A stretch of DNA of 45,723 nt from Candidatus Bathyarchaeia archaeon. GTDB taxonomy: Archaea; Thermoproteota; Bathyarchaeia; Bathyarchaeales; Bathycorpusculaceae. Below, piece after piece: positions 45,576 through 45,723 of the stretch. The notes under the pieces were generated by a model. The model was not told the origin of the DNA. It saw only the letters and a list, made by a program, of their open reading frames with translations, and made no database searches. Location of the stretch: contig JBMFMB010000013.1 in NCBI GenBank assembly GCA_049970895.1, forward strand, positions 1-45,723, written 5' to 3'. How positions within the stretch are numbered: position 1 is the stretch's first letter; each line of letters opens with the position of its first letter. The position numbers and the translations under genes are program-made.

Positions 45576-45723
45576 TTGAGCGTTCAAATGTGCAAGTCCT
45601 ATGAGAAATACGTTGAGGCTCTGGAGAGGCAGCTTGAACAGTTGTACAGCATAGCCGCAAAAGCTAGAGAGAAGGGTGTTGATCCAGAATCTAAGCCAGA
45701 GTGCATGGTTGCAATGGACATGG
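45576..45723 (+). CDS. polC: DNA polymerase D large subunit DP2, N-terminus (truncated by window edge)
   Basis: Manual translation (L)SVQMCKSYEKYVEALERQLEQLYSIAAKAREKGVDPESKPECMVAMDM matches the DP2 N-terminal pattern Y---L-----Y-IA--AR--G-DP---PE---A-D. Confidence 0.85.
   Translation, partial: MSVQMCKSYEKYVEALERQLEQLYSIAAKAREKGVDPESKPECMVAMDM

Overview
Core-genome segment of a TACK archaeon, most likely Bathyarchaeia. This is inferred from gene content and protein style, and bpsA suggests a thermophile. The left edge holds the C-terminus of a probable tyrosine integrase abutting tRNA-Arg(CCT), then tRNA-Leu(TAA) with a non-canonical D-arm BHB intron. Two translation operons follow (rnp4-yhbY-rps19e-PDCD5-rpl39e-rpl31e-eIF6-rplX-pfdA-ftsY and dtdA-secE-spt5-rpl11-rpl1-rpl10-rpl12), separated by a reverse-strand block: atypical carbamoyltransferase, DUF3795, speD, bpsA, GNAT. 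The middle is housekeeping (PGI/PMI, MIPS, GlyRS, EndA, DGGGP synthase, CDF, AsnRS, P-type ATPase, H+-PPase, intron-containing tRNA-Ser). The right part contains a chromosomal replication origin: cdc6/orc1 plus a ~750-bp intergenic region with three ORB elements, with PolD DP1 on one side and DP2 on the other. Directly beside the origin are three uncharacterised HTH-type genes, one a membrane-anchored coiled-coil/winged-helix protein, associated with a cluster of GTGAYGTCAC/TGTGA repeats. This is the best candidate for an undescribed system (origin tethering, segregation or replication control). All calls are by eye; no searches were run.
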